Shown: positions 1 through 9,580 of the stretch, one piece after another
Numbering within the stretch: position 1 is the first letter of the stretch
Layout: each line of letters opens with the position of its first letter
Source: a virus
Taxonomy: Duplodnaviria; Caudoviricetes
Length of the DNA: 53,088 nucleotides
IMG/VR virus record: IMGVR_UViG_3300031857_000262
Span: 1 to 53,088 of that record
Strand: one strand, 5' to 3'
The notes under the pieces: model-generated
Databases searched by the model: none
The model's input: the letters and a program-made list of their open reading frames with translations, nothing else
Told to the model about the DNA's origin: nothing
Program-made: the position numbers and the translations under genes

Positions 1-99
1 GCCAACATATTTTTATTTGATCCCAAGTCCGCTTCAGTTTTTCTAATAGTTCGCCTTAAAAATAATTATTTTTATTTTCTTATTTTCTGGATTTCGCTA

Positions 100-127
100 T
101 TGTCTTTTGTCGATACTTTGTTATAAT
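100..127 (+). promoter_or_regulatory. sigma70-like promoter for the left (early) gene block
   Basis: TTGTCT(100-105)-16 nt-TATAAT(122-127) with an extended -10 TGn and AT-rich upstream sequence. Confidence 0.7.
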
Positions 128-274
128 TCATTGTAGGCAACGTGCAAACCTTACGATATCGCGTTGAGATACTTCGTTTTTCACCGCGTATTATTTTTAC
201 TAATTCTATTTTGTCTCTTTTGTGTTTTTCGTTTCTTTTGTCTTTTGTGTACTTCGTTTTTCGTTAGGCTATCA

Positions 275-595
275 ATGGACCCACAATTCCGAATAATCCG
301 TATCCCCAAAATTGTGATTCGTCACCCGTCAAACTATTTATTTGATGGGGATCGATACGATTTTCTTGGTTGCATCCTACTCGAACTAGGTTTCACTATT
401 CCAGAGAAAACCAAGTTCCCCAGTCAAACCAAGAAACTGTACCACCCGTTTACAGTTCAACATCGTAGAACAATCCTCGATTCTTCTCTCACTCTACAAA
501 TCCTACGTCTGCTAGAAGTCACACCCCAGAAAGACGTGGTCGTCCCACTCAATGCCCTTCTAGCCCCACACCGTATCGTCGTCGAACTCATTTAG
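275..595 (+). CDS. hypothetical protein
   Basis: ORF 164..595; the upstream part is T-rich low complexity, so ATG 275 (MDPQFRII) is the likelier start. Confidence 0.6.
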   Translation: MDPQFRIIRIPKIVIRHPSNYLFDGDRYDFLGCILLELGFTIPEKTKFPSQTKKLYHPFTVQHRRTILDSSLTLQILRLLEVTPQKDVVVPLNALLAPHRIVVELI

Positions 596-604
596 GAATC
601 TATC

Positions 605-1216
605 ATGGCTTATCATTCAAAACGTTCTTTGACTCTTTATTGTGTTAATGGTCGAGACGTTCAATCGAAAGAAGATGTATTAGCTCTTTGGAGAACTAAT
701 TACAATTTTTTGATCGACCCTAAACAAGGATACAATCAAACCTACACAAACAGGTCAGAAGCCGGATCATACGGTTGGTTCTGTTGTGGAAGTGCCGATC
801 CACACTGTTTTGTCAAGATTTTCTACAACAACAAAAAGTCGTTTGTAATTCTACATGCAAACACTCGTACCTCAGAAGTTGTAGTCAAGTGTTCAGAAGT
901 TCCATCTGTAGCAGAATCCAAGTTGGTTGCTAAAGTAACCTACGAAGAATACCCAGAAATGATTAGGTACACAGTCGAGCCAGTTGCCGAACAAACTATC
1001 GACCCTACTTGGGTAGAAGTTCGAGCTATTTCTTTTTGTGAAGAAAACAAACTGTCCGACGAATTCGACATGCAAGTCTGTAACAACCAGGTAATCCTCG
1101 TCTTTCACCCAGACACACTAAAACAAGTAAAACACAGAGTAGGTTTAGCTATCCTACTCAAGAAAGACTACCAACCAACACAACTCAAAAAGCAGGTCGG
1201 AGCAGACCGCATTTAA
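605..1216 (+). CDS. hypothetical protein
   Basis: 203 aa ORF, AGGA upstream, tightly packed with neighbours. Confidence 0.7.
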   Translation: MAYHSKRSLTLYCVNGRDVQSKEDVLALWRTNYNFLIDPKQGYNQTYTNRSEAGSYGWFCCGSADPHCFVKIFYNNKKSFVILHANTRTSEVVVKCSEVPSVAESKLVAKVTYEEYPEMIRYTVEPVAEQTIDPTWVEVRAISFCEENKLSDEFDMQVCNNQVILVFHPDTLKQVKHRVGLAILLKKDYQPTQLKKQVGADRI

Positions 1217-1238
1217 CCCTCCCCAGGAGACTCGTCCC

Positions 1239-1505
1239 GTGCCCAAACAACCCGTACCCAAACAGCTTGTTATTCAATATCTCAAAGACCCCAAAAATGT
1301 TTTGAGTCAATTGAAGCAATTGTTTACAGAGTTGCAGATTCAATATAAGACCGAAAATCACACGGTCGTAGTTCTTAACTGCAACGAAACAGTGGCTAAA
1401 CGTATTCAAGACACTCTTACAGCCATGCACCCGACTAACTGTAAAACTTGGATACACGAAACGTTTTATGGTTGGAACACCGGCTATTGTGAACCTCGTT
1501 CTTAG
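1239..1505 (+). CDS. hypothetical protein
   Basis: 88 aa ORF, GTG start preceded by CCCCAGGAG. Confidence 0.6.
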   Translation: MPKQPVPKQLVIQYLKDPKNVLSQLKQLFTELQIQYKTENHTVVVLNCNETVAKRIQDTLTAMHPTNCKTWIHETFYGWNTGYCEPRS

Positions 1506-1596
1506 GAATTCGTCATGGTCCACAGAATCCGTAAAATCCGTTGTAAGTATCTCGTTGACAATCACCACCATTCTTCTCGAAAGGAATCCATGCAAT

Positions 1597-1917
1597 ATGG
1601 AACAACCAAACCAACCAAGTCCAGTCTCCCCAGGAAATTCACCGGCCAACTCCGAGGTGGAGTCTCAGGATGCGACCTCTCAGGACTCATTCAAATTCAA
1701 CCAGTTGACTCCCAACAACCAAGCCCAACTAGAGTTTATCCTGATTCGTCAGAAGGATAACATTCTAAAAGAAATCAACTCAGGCAATCCTTCCGTAGCA
1801 ATGGCTAAACTCAAACTCGTCAAAGAACTCTGGGAAAACACCGAGTATCTTTACAAGTACTCAGAACTCCTCACCAAACTCGAACACAAACTCAAGTCTC
1901 GACTCTCTCATGGATAA
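1597..1917 (+). CDS. hypothetical protein
   Basis: ORF 1468..1917; ATG 1597 follows AAGGA; helical C-terminal half; overlaps the next start. Confidence 0.55.
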   Translation: MEQPNQPSPVSPGNSPANSEVESQDATSQDSFKFNQLTPNNQAQLEFILIRQKDNILKEINSGNPSVAMAKLKLVKELWENTEYLYKYSELLTKLEHKLKSRLSHG

Positions 1918-2440
1918 CCTACTACCAACCATTACTGGTAAGACTATCACAACCAGGGGTGATCTTACCTTCGAAGAATTGAAAGAATCTTTCAAATTGC
2001 TGCAAGAAGTTTTTGATGCTCCTGTAGTAACCGGAGCAGACCTTATCGAACAAGAAATGAGGACGTGTGGTCATCTTGGTAAGTCAAGGTTTTGTATACC
2101 CTTAGACAAGGACACGCAAGAACTTCACTCCAAAATTTACGAAAACCTATCAATCAACTTAAGTCTTGGATGGAAAAAGGAAGACAAACCCGTCATGAAA
2201 ACTCTCATCATTTACAACAACCTAACCGAACCCTTACAATTCCTTCTCGTCGAAGGTGACTACTCCAGGTTCAACGGTATCTACGTTGGTTCCGACGACA
2301 CAAACGACACCGTAGACGAATTTAATGCTTGGCGATGGGATGAATACGGATTACTCCGAACCACCGACTGGACTCAAGACACCGCTATTCTTGAAGCCAA
2401 ACAATTCGACAAAGTCGCAATCGTCACCTTTCTACCCTAA
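1910..2440 (+). CDS. hypothetical protein (possible internal start at MKTLIIYNN)
   Basis: 176 aa ORF in the packed operon. Confidence 0.65.
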   Translation: MDNLLPTITGKTITTRGDLTFEELKESFKLLQEVFDAPVVTGADLIEQEMRTCGHLGKSRFCIPLDKDTQELHSKIYENLSINLSLGWKKEDKPVMKTLIIYNNLTEPLQFLLVEGDYSRFNGIYVGSDDTNDTVDEFNAWRWDEYGLLRTTDWTQDTAILEAKQFDKVAIVTFLP

Positions 2441-2461
2441 CATCCCAGGAAACTCTCACTC

Positions 2462-2992
2462 ATGGCTAACGTAGAACGTCTCCAACAACTGCTAAAAACA
2501 GTTACTACCTTTTCAGACAACTTTAACTACCGATGTACTCTAGCTATTATACCCCACTGCCCTGTAGGACCGAAACCACAGTATCACAAAAATGCTAAAT
2601 GGACTGATACTCAAACTCCAGATTTTGAAACAGCTTTGAAGTTGTTGGTACAAGACAACACAAATCACACCTGCGGTTCTTGTGGATGTATGATCGGTTT
2701 CACAAATGCATTGTTGCTTGATTCTTACAAAGCCGAACAAGCCGATCCGAATGCCGACGAAGCCGAAGCGTCTAAAAACTGGCTAGGCCTAACCAATGCT
2801 GAACGAGAATTTCTGTTCTATCCCAATAACTTTGTAACACTTTGTGCTCCGCATGACTATCTCTCTGAATTTTCGATCGACAAAAACTTCCCAGGATGGG
2901 AACACTGTACACACGAAGTAGGTCTAAAAGAAGGCTTACGTCGACTCCAGTTTTTGATCGACTACCACTCTAACCCACAAAACCCACAGTAA
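2462..2992 (+). CDS. hypothetical protein with CGSCGC motif
   Basis: 176 aa ORF preceded by CCCAGGA. Confidence 0.7.
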   Translation: MANVERLQQLLKTVTTFSDNFNYRCTLAIIPHCPVGPKPQYHKNAKWTDTQTPDFETALKLLVQDNTNHTCGSCGCMIGFTNALLLDSYKAEQADPNADEAEASKNWLGLTNAEREFLFYPNNFVTLCAPHDYLSEFSIDKNFPGWEHCTHEVGLKEGLRRLQFLIDYHSNPQNPQ

Positions 2993-2997
2993 CTCTC

Positions 2998-3375
2998 ATG
3001 GAATCCCTCAACATTGGTCCTTGTCCTGCTGACGAAATAGCAGCAGACCTCAAAAGTCCACACTACCGTACTTTGTGCAAACTAGAACTCAGTTTGTACA
3101 AACAACAACTACTCGAAGAAATCTTACTCAAGTGGCCCGAAGAAGGTTGTCTTGTTAGATTCAAAACCACTTCCAACCCTCACGACTTCGGTACATACCA
3201 CGAAATCGACGTAATGTACGACTACTCCGTAAATCCTGTTTCTAGAGACCAAGCCTATTACTGCGAAGGCCATGCCAACACCACTTGGACAGACGAACGT
3301 CGTACAATCCTCAACAATCTTCGTGAATCTCTCGGCCTCGAACCTTTACTCAAACCTAAAAAAGACCCACCATGA
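2998..3375 (+). CDS. hypothetical phage protein (PHDFGTYHE motif)
   Basis: 125 aa ORF, ATGA overlap with the next gene. Confidence 0.7.
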   Translation: MESLNIGPCPADEIAADLKSPHYRTLCKLELSLYKQQLLEEILLKWPEEGCLVRFKTTSNPHDFGTYHEIDVMYDYSVNPVSRDQAYYCEGHANTTWTDERRTILNNLRESLGLEPLLKPKKDPP

Positions 3376-3830
3376 GCTACATAACTCTCACCCGTATCAG
3401 TTACAAACTGGACGACACACCAGTTAGTACTTCGTTCAATGTTTCATCTCTTGGTATTGTTCTCGAAAAAATGCCGGTATACCTAGAGTATAACGAGTCT
3501 TGTCGTCCAACTCAACTTGTAGTCTGCAACGTCCTTACCGATTCACCACAGACCCTTCAACGTACCACGTACTCGTCAGCCTACGACTTACTAACCGAAC
3601 TACCAGGAAAGCTAGTCGTACTCAACGGCATCAACGTCCCCAGGAAACTCCAACGGTTTCCACCAACCACTGTGTACGAAGCTACTCAAGTTTATCGTAC
3701 CCAAACTGGTGAATGGCGATTGGTTTGTGAACGATTCCAAGCCAGAAACCCAGGATCGGTAGTAGTACCAGTGACTTGCCTACTCCTACTCCAAACTCCA
3801 ATTCCACTTACCCCGTCCAGCTCCCTCTAA
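3372..3830 (+). CDS. hypothetical protein
   Basis: 152 aa ORF, translationally coupled. Confidence 0.65.
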   Translation: MSYITLTRISYKLDDTPVSTSFNVSSLGIVLEKMPVYLEYNESCRPTQLVVCNVLTDSPQTLQRTTYSSAYDLLTELPGKLVVLNGINVPRKLQRFPPTTVYEATQVYRTQTGEWRLVCERFQARNPGSVVVPVTCLLLLQTPIPLTPSSSL

Positions 3831-3845
3831 CCAACTCTCACACTC

Positions 3846-4115
3846 ATGACTCTCTCATTTATCTACGTCACACCACAAATGTTTCCCACCATCGCAGGCA
3901 TCGCAATCATTGCAGCCGTCTGCTACATGCTCGGACTATACAGCGGAGCATACATGTTCCCTACGATAGCCCCAGAACCCTGTCCTGGACTCACCCCAGA
4001 AGAAAAAAAGTTGATAGCAGAACTGCATGAAATGATTTATGCAGAATATGCCGACAACTTGTACAAAAAACAAGACAACGAGGACATAGATGCATACGAG
4101 GACAACAATGCTTGA
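3846..4115 (+). CDS. small membrane protein
   Basis: N-terminal hydrophobic segment (IAGIAIIAAVCYMLGLY) and acidic tail. Confidence 0.6.
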   Translation: MTLSFIYVTPQMFPTIAGIAIIAAVCYMLGLYSGAYMFPTIAPEPCPGLTPEEKKLIAELHEMIYAEYADNLYKKQDNEDIDAYEDNNA

Positions 4116-4205
4116 TTTTCTCGACTGGCTCATCGTTTACATCGAACTTCCCGCAATACTTCTAGTCCTAGTTCCACTAGGCTACACAATGTACAAGGAC
4201 TTGTC

Positions 4206-4445
4206 ATGAACAAAATGTTCTCTTACGAATCTTGTGTCATCAGTTCCACCGTCCCAGGATTAGTAATCTTCACCAAAGGTAAACTACTACGAAGTATGTT
4301 TCCTTACAAACGAGGAACCACGTTTGACGTCCTTGAGTTCGACCCTCTCAACGAAAGAATGGTTGTGACCCGTGGGACCAAAACCACGACTCACAGAATT
4401 CAAACTTCCACCTTCAAATTAGTTACACCCTACTCCAACAAATAA
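4206..4445 (+). CDS. hypothetical protein
   Basis: 79 aa ORF, AAGGA upstream. Confidence 0.6.
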   Translation: MNKMFSYESCVISSTVPGLVIFTKGKLLRSMFPYKRGTTFDVLEFDPLNERMVVTRGTKTTTHRIQTSTFKLVTPYSNK

Positions 4446-4450
4446 CTCTC

Positions 4451-5944
4451 ATGCCACACTTACTAATCAATGCCGGACCCGGTTGTGGTAAAACTTCCAC
4501 AATCGTCGATGCCTACATCTACTATCGTACCACCAAACCAGAACTATGGCTACAAAAGTTCCGTCACACCGAAGAACAAGCCGCAGTCTACAACTGGTGC
4601 AGGGAGTCTCTCCCCAGGAAAGAGAACGGTGAGCCGTTGCCTGCCATTTATTTGGCTTACAACAACACCACTGTAGACGATCTTAAAAATCGTATCCATT
4701 CGGAGTCAGAAGTCAAGACTCACCACGGTTGGGGGTACAAGGTACTACAACGAGCACTCGGATACGTTCCTCTCAACAAAAAGGATTATACCGACCGTTT
4801 GATCGAAACTGTCACTGGACGTACCCTTTCTAGTGACAAAAACAGGTTTTCTTGGATCACTTCTTTCCGTTTTGTAGAAAAACTGCAAGAAGAATTGCTC
4901 GAAGTGACCGAAGAAAACATGTATTTGATGCAAGCCAAATACAGTGATCTTGCTCCGTACAAGATTCATCCAGACATTTGTCAGCAAGCATCCGAGATTA
5001 TTCGGGCTATGAAGTCTGCAAATCACCGTCAATTGGGTATAAGTCATATGCTCCAAGTGTGGTTAGCCCTGTTTATGTTACCAAAACCCTTGTACGAAAT
5101 CGGTTTTGTAGACGAATGTCAGGATTTAAGTCCTGCTAGACTGGCGTTGTCCTTCAAACTGTGTCGTAACCTGGTTTTTGTGGGTGACACTAACCAAGCT
5201 ATCAATGCTTGGACAGGTGCAGACCCAGAATCAATCAGCAAGATCGCAGAACACTGTTCTACACAGCTTCCTTTACGACTTTCGTTCAGATTACCACCAA
5301 ACATGGCCCAAACAGCCAACACAATCTGTCCGTCAGCTCAAATTCGCACCTTACCCGACCGCACCCCAGGAATTGTAGGTAAAGTTCGAGCAGAAAACAT
5401 CGTTGAATGGAGTCGATCTATGGTCGAAAACAGCCCAATGATTATCTGTCGATACAATGCTCCGTTGATGAAACTGGCACTACAACTGGTCAAAAACCAA
5501 ATTCCTTGTCGAACTTTGGGTGATTCACTGGCAAAATCCTTGATTTCTACTGTACAAAACCGTAAAGCCAAGAATATCGACGATCTTTTACTCAAACTTG
5601 CTAGTTACGAAGAACTTTGCCTTCGTGCTGGCAGTCCAATGGCAAAACAAGCTACAGCCGATCGTTTCGACTGTATCCGCCATATCCTCAAAGACTGTAA
5701 CAGTATCGAAGAGTTCGAACCACTGGTACAGTCCCTACTCAAACCACCAAAAGGCATCAAACACATCACTTTGTGTACTATTCACAAAGCAAAAGGACTG
5801 GAAGCCGACATTATTGGCATCCTAAATCCACCAGTTCCGTCAGAACGAGCAAAAACTGACATCGAAATCAAGCAAGAAATCAACATTGATTTTGTTGCAC
5901 ACACCCGTACCAAACGAGACCTTTACTACATTTACGCAGAGTAA
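4451..5944 (+). CDS. UvrD/Rep-like superfamily 1 helicase
   Basis: Walker A AGPGCGKT, Walker B VDECQD, motif III VGDTNQAI, motif V TIHKAKGLE, motif VI VAHTRTK. Confidence 0.92.
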   Translation: MPHLLINAGPGCGKTSTIVDAYIYYRTTKPELWLQKFRHTEEQAAVYNWCRESLPRKENGEPLPAIYLAYNNTTVDDLKNRIHSESEVKTHHGWGYKVLQRALGYVPLNKKDYTDRLIETVTGRTLSSDKNRFSWITSFRFVEKLQEELLEVTEENMYLMQAKYSDLAPYKIHPDICQQASEIIRAMKSANHRQLGISHMLQVWLALFMLPKPLYEIGFVDECQDLSPARLALSFKLCRNLVFVGDTNQAINAWTGADPESISKIAEHCSTQLPLRLSFRLPPNMAQTANTICPSAQIRTLPDRTPGIVGKVRAENIVEWSRSMVENSPMIICRYNAPLMKLALQLVKNQIPCRTLGDSLAKSLISTVQNRKAKNIDDLLLKLASYEELCLRAGSPMAKQATADRFDCIRHILKDCNSIEEFEPLVQSLLKPPKGIKHITLCTIHKAKGLEADIIGILNPPVPSERAKTDIEIKQEINIDFVAHTRTKRDLYYIYAE

Positions 5945-5947
5945 TCC

Positions 5948-6388
5948 ATGACCAACGAACAACACCCTTTTGATGCCCGACACCCTCTTGACGAATTGCT
6001 GCACAACCTTATGAACAACATCCCTATCACCAAGGACCAAGCCCAAGAAGCCGTCAAAATTGAGTTTTTTGATCTACAAAAACACTTTGGTCAAGAATTT
6101 GCTCAACAACTCTACCTCACGGTGTTGATGAACAGCTACGTTGACCGAAGATTCAGTTCAGAAGAATATGCAGATCTTCAAAACGAACGTATGATCAAAC
6201 TTGCAACAATTTTAGAAGCTTTGTTGCAAATCTTTGAGAAAAACCCACAAAGTTTTACCGGAAACGCAGAAATACTACAAGTTTTTCTACCAGGAACACA
6301 GGCACGTGGAGCACGCCTAAATCTAATCTATAACGGCATTGAGTCGATTATAGGTGTACCCACAGAATCAATTCGCTTGTCCTTATAA
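5948..6388 (+). CDS. hypothetical protein
   Basis: 146 aa ORF directly after the helicase. Confidence 0.65.
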   Translation: MTNEQHPFDARHPLDELLHNLMNNIPITKDQAQEAVKIEFFDLQKHFGQEFAQQLYLTVLMNSYVDRRFSSEEYADLQNERMIKLATILEALLQIFEKNPQSFTGNAEILQVFLPGTQARGARLNLIYNGIESIIGVPTESIRLSL

Positions 6389-6427
6389 CCTTCTTTTTCT
6401 CTCACTCTCACTCACCCACAAACAATT

Positions 6428-7579
6428 ATGCAAACAACTCTCTACAAACTGAACAACTTTAACGACGTTACTTGGTGGACAGCCACCGTTAACAACAACG
6501 TACTCACTGTTACTTGGGGTCGATGTAGCAAGACTTCTACCGAAGTATCTCAACACGGCTCTCAAGTCATCGAAGTCACCCCAGAAAAAGCGGTCGATGA
6601 ATATCACAGTCGTATTCGTCACCAAAAAGATCGTAAAGGTTTTACCGAAACGATTCCGACAGCTTCACCCGACCTACCCATGTTGGCTCAAGAATACAAG
6701 GGTAACGTCAAGTTCGACAAAGTTGCCTTGCAACCCAAACTCGACGGCATTCGATGTATCATGTCCCGTGAAGGACTGTTGTCTCGACGAAACTTGTACT
6801 TCATGTCCTGTCCTCATATCGAGCTGTACATATCCAAACTACCGGAAGGCATCAAGCTCGACGGGGAACTAATCATTCCCAACACTCCCCTGAGCACAAT
6901 CGAATCATACGTTATGCGTAGTCGTCCAGACTATGCTATATGCAAAGAAATCGAGTACCACGTATTCGACATCATCGACACTGAAGCTCCATTTGAAGAC
7001 CGTGTACTCGAAGCAGAACGAATCGTTTCCGAACTCGAAGAAGTCTACATCCGTTGGAGAACCGACCCAAAGTCTACTTTCAAAAACCTACCCTACTTCT
7101 CTCACAAGTGCCCATTTAAGATGGTACACACCGTCCTACACGACACTCCCCCAGGAGAAGAAGAACTGCGAGAGCAATTTGACACTTATCGAGCTGCTGG
7201 TTACGAAGGTATGATGATTCGTAACAGCAATGCTCCCTACGAAGTCAACAAACGATCAACATCATTGCTCAAGATGAAAGCATTCGTAGACAACGAATTC
7301 CTCATCGTCGACGTCATCCCAGGAACAAACAAGCAAGGTGTGTTTGTTTGTGAAACAAGTTCCGGCAAAGAATTCAAGTGTTCTTTTAAGGGAACTCATG
7401 CCAAACGTCAGCAAATACTCACCTACAAAGACACTTACATCGGTCAGTACCTCAAAGTAGAATTTGAAGGTTACTCCGAATACGGAGTCCCACGTTGTCC
7501 GGTAGGCATCCACTACTTCCGTAAAGAAAACTGTGACAAACCCATAGGAGAAACAACCGATGCCCGCTCCAACCCCTAA
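6428..7579 (+). CDS. ATP-dependent DNA ligase with N-terminal WGR-like domain
   Basis: motif I PKLDGIR, III LDGEL, IIIa YHVFD, IV YEGMMIR, V LLKMK, C-terminal OB fold; N-terminal VTWGR. Confidence 0.93.
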   Translation: MQTTLYKLNNFNDVTWWTATVNNNVLTVTWGRCSKTSTEVSQHGSQVIEVTPEKAVDEYHSRIRHQKDRKGFTETIPTASPDLPMLAQEYKGNVKFDKVALQPKLDGIRCIMSREGLLSRRNLYFMSCPHIELYISKLPEGIKLDGELIIPNTPLSTIESYVMRSRPDYAICKEIEYHVFDIIDTEAPFEDRVLEAERIVSELEEVYIRWRTDPKSTFKNLPYFSHKCPFKMVHTVLHDTPPGEEELREQFDTYRAAGYEGMMIRNSNAPYEVNKRSTSLLKMKAFVDNEFLIVDVIPGTNKQGVFVCETSSGKEFKCSFKGTHAKRQQILTYKDTYIGQYLKVEFEGYSEYGVPRCPVGIHYFRKENCDKPIGETTDARSNP

Positions 7580-7772
7580 GTTCCATATGACTTACAAAGA
7601 ACTGCTACATTTGCTTTCTTTGATGGACGCCCAAGAACTGGATCAAGAAGTTTACCTGCACGAACACAAGTCAGGTGAAGCTATCGGTGTCGAAAGTTTA
7701 CACAAAACTTACGAACCCAAAAACTACAAATCAAACATCCCAACTGTCACACTTTCAGGAACAAAACTATGA
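7560..7772 (+). CDS. hypothetical protein
   Basis: 70 aa ORF, AGGAG upstream. Confidence 0.6.
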   Translation: MPAPTPKFHMTYKELLHLLSLMDAQELDQEVYLHEHKSGEAIGVESLHKTYEPKNYKSNIPTVTLSGTKL

Positions 7773-8017
7773 CAGTTAAACGTCAGTTCTACATACTGCG
7801 TAGAACTAAAAAAATGTCGTTGCAGTACGATGTAATTGACAGTATGCTAGTTTGTGCTACGTCTGCTACAGAAGCTAGAAAAATTGCAGCCAAACATTAT
7901 GCTGACGAAGGTGTAGAAACTTGGCTTAAACCCGAATACTCAACCTGTCGGCAACTGGTAGAACCAGACAAATACGAATCAGATCAGGTACTCCTGATAG
8001 ACCACCGACCTCGATAA
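7769..8017 (+). CDS. hypothetical protein
   Basis: 82 aa ORF, ATGA coupling. Confidence 0.6.
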   Translation: MTVKRQFYILRRTKKMSLQYDVIDSMLVCATSATEARKIAAKHYADEGVETWLKPEYSTCRQLVEPDKYESDQVLLIDHRPR

Positions 8018-8040
8018 CTCTCACTCCAGGAAATTCCCTC

Positions 8041-8376
8041 ATGACTCGAAACCCACTAGAACGAGTTCTTTACACCCATATCGACGATGCTGTTCATATA
8101 GCAGCTCAATTGTCGACTCTTCGTTACAACCATCCGTGGATCAACGAAATCGCAGATTTACCTGGATTTCCAGTTTCACCAGAGAACACCAACATCAACA
8201 TTCGTACAGACAATTACGTTCTGATTACGGATCAGATGCAAAAAGCTTTGTCTCTCTTGATGGAAGCAAGGAAGTGTCTGTTACTCCTGGGTATACAAGG
8301 ACTCGTATTTTCAGAAGAACGACCTTATGAGAAAAAAGTACCGACCGACCCAGAAGATGTACGATTCGAACTTTGA
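8041..8376 (+). CDS. hypothetical protein
   Basis: 111 aa ORF preceded by CCAGGA. Confidence 0.6.
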   Translation: MTRNPLERVLYTHIDDAVHIAAQLSTLRYNHPWINEIADLPGFPVSPENTNINIRTDNYVLITDQMQKALSLLMEARKCLLLLGIQGLVFSEERPYEKKVPTDPEDVRFEL

Positions 8377-8785
8377 AGAATCATTTCATCAACTTTGGAA
8401 GCAACATTCGACCTATCCTATTGTTCATCACCACACCGTACATTTGTCTCGGGAATGGGAACTAGACTTCTGTTTTCCAACCGAACGGATTGCAATCGAA
8501 CTCCAAGGATACGGAACAGGTCATTTGTCATACAAGGGTATGCAACGAGACTACAACAAACACAACGACCTAATCTTAGCAGGATGGGTATTACTTTACT
8601 TTATGTCAGCGGACCTAAAAGATGAACCAGAACGAACAATCGCTACCATTAAGCGGGTTATCGAACGAGTTAACCCAGCAATCCGAAAGTTTGATTTTAC
8701 CTCGATCAAACGACCAGAACATCAACCCGGTAATCTTGCTGAAGCAGCGAGAAGGCTCCTCAATAAAAAGACTAATCGATCGTAA
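8327..8785 (+). CDS. DUF559/Vsr-like PD-(D/E)xK endonuclease
   Basis: WELDFCFP..IAIELQG..H..RDYNKHN..GWVLLYF pattern. Confidence 0.8.
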   Translation: MRKKYRPTQKMYDSNFEESFHQLWKQHSTYPIVHHHTVHLSREWELDFCFPTERIAIELQGYGTGHLSYKGMQRDYNKHNDLILAGWVLLYFMSADLKDEPERTIATIKRVIERVNPAIRKFDFTSIKRPEHQPGNLAEAARRLLNKKTNRS

Positions 8786-9137
8786 CAGTTCAGGGTCTTA
8801 TAAAGACTACTGCGACAAGATCGGTTTTAATCCACCCAACTTTCATGCAATCCTCTCAGGAACCCGATCATGCAGCCTAGAAAAACTGAATCAACTTCTG
8901 TCGGGAATTCGGTACCACGCTACCATTTCAACAACTATTGTCATTCAGGCCATGCCGACTGGTCTGGATGTCGAAAATGCGGCCTCTCTGTTGGACGAAG
9001 ATACGTCGCCCTTCGACGAGACGGGACTCACCTTTTTGGAGGAACCACCCCAATCCGACTTCTCTTCATCGGAGAAGGACCAGAACTCGTCGATACTTTC
9101 ACAGGACGACCTTTTACAGGAATTTCAGGACGATTAG
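8622..9137 (+). CDS. XRE/Cro-like helix-turn-helix protein with acidic tail, overlapping both neighbours
   Basis: SYKDYCDKIGFNPPNFHAILSGTRSCSLEKLNQLL matches the XRE HTH pattern. Confidence 0.6.
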   Translation: MNQNEQSLPLSGLSNELTQQSESLILPRSNDQNINPVILLKQREGSSIKRLIDRNSSGSYKDYCDKIGFNPPNFHAILSGTRSCSLEKLNQLLSGIRYHATISTTIVIQAMPTGLDVENAASLLDEDTSPFDETGLTFLEEPPQSDFSSSEKDQNSSILSQDDLLQEFQDD

Positions 9138-9580
9138 TCGATGGACTCCTTGCCCAAACCCGACACAGTATTCAATACTGTATGACTAACCTCGTAGGTT
9201 GTATGACCAGAGATATAGTCAAGTTGCACGGTCCAGATGGTAAAGAAATTTACTGTGCAGACCAAGACGAAGCTACCGAATCTATCGAAACTGTTGGAGC
9301 ATCGATCGAAGCACTCAACTACGGTCGATCCCCCAGTAGAGCCGAAACAACCATTTGTTCCCCTCATATTGACGAACTGATTGCTTCATTCAAACCCAAA
9401 GGTGTAGTATACCTAGGCACGTTGCCTATGGCATACTACCGTTGTTCACTTCCGTGCATCAAATTGTTTGGTGTTTCCACTACCAAATTCATGAAACAAG
9501 AGTACAAGCTACTCGAAGTAAAACGTGAAGCTCGCAAACTCCTAGAATTCATTAAGGAACTCTCACCGTGTTTTTCGTAA
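8870..9580 (+). CDS. family 4 (Fe-S) uracil-DNA glycosylase-like protein
   Basis: CRKCGL, LFIGEGP, GRPFTGISG, TNLVGC, PSRAETTIC, PKGVVYLG. Confidence 0.85.
   Translation: MQPRKTESTSVGNSVPRYHFNNYCHSGHADWSGCRKCGLSVGRRYVALRRDGTHLFGGTTPIRLLFIGEGPELVDTFTGRPFTGISGRLVDGLLAQTRHSIQYCMTNLVGCMTRDIVKLHGPDGKEIYCADQDEATESIETVGASIEALNYGRSPSRAETTICSPHIDELIASFKPKGVVYLGTLPMAYYRCSLPCIKLFGVSTTKFMKQEYKLLEVKREARKLLEFIKELSPCFS

Noticed and set aside
1515-1760. 81 aa ORF overlapping 1597..1917
   Set aside because: It has a plausible AGGA upstream but overlaps the alternative ORF heavily and has no motif; I could not decide, so it is not listed as a feature.
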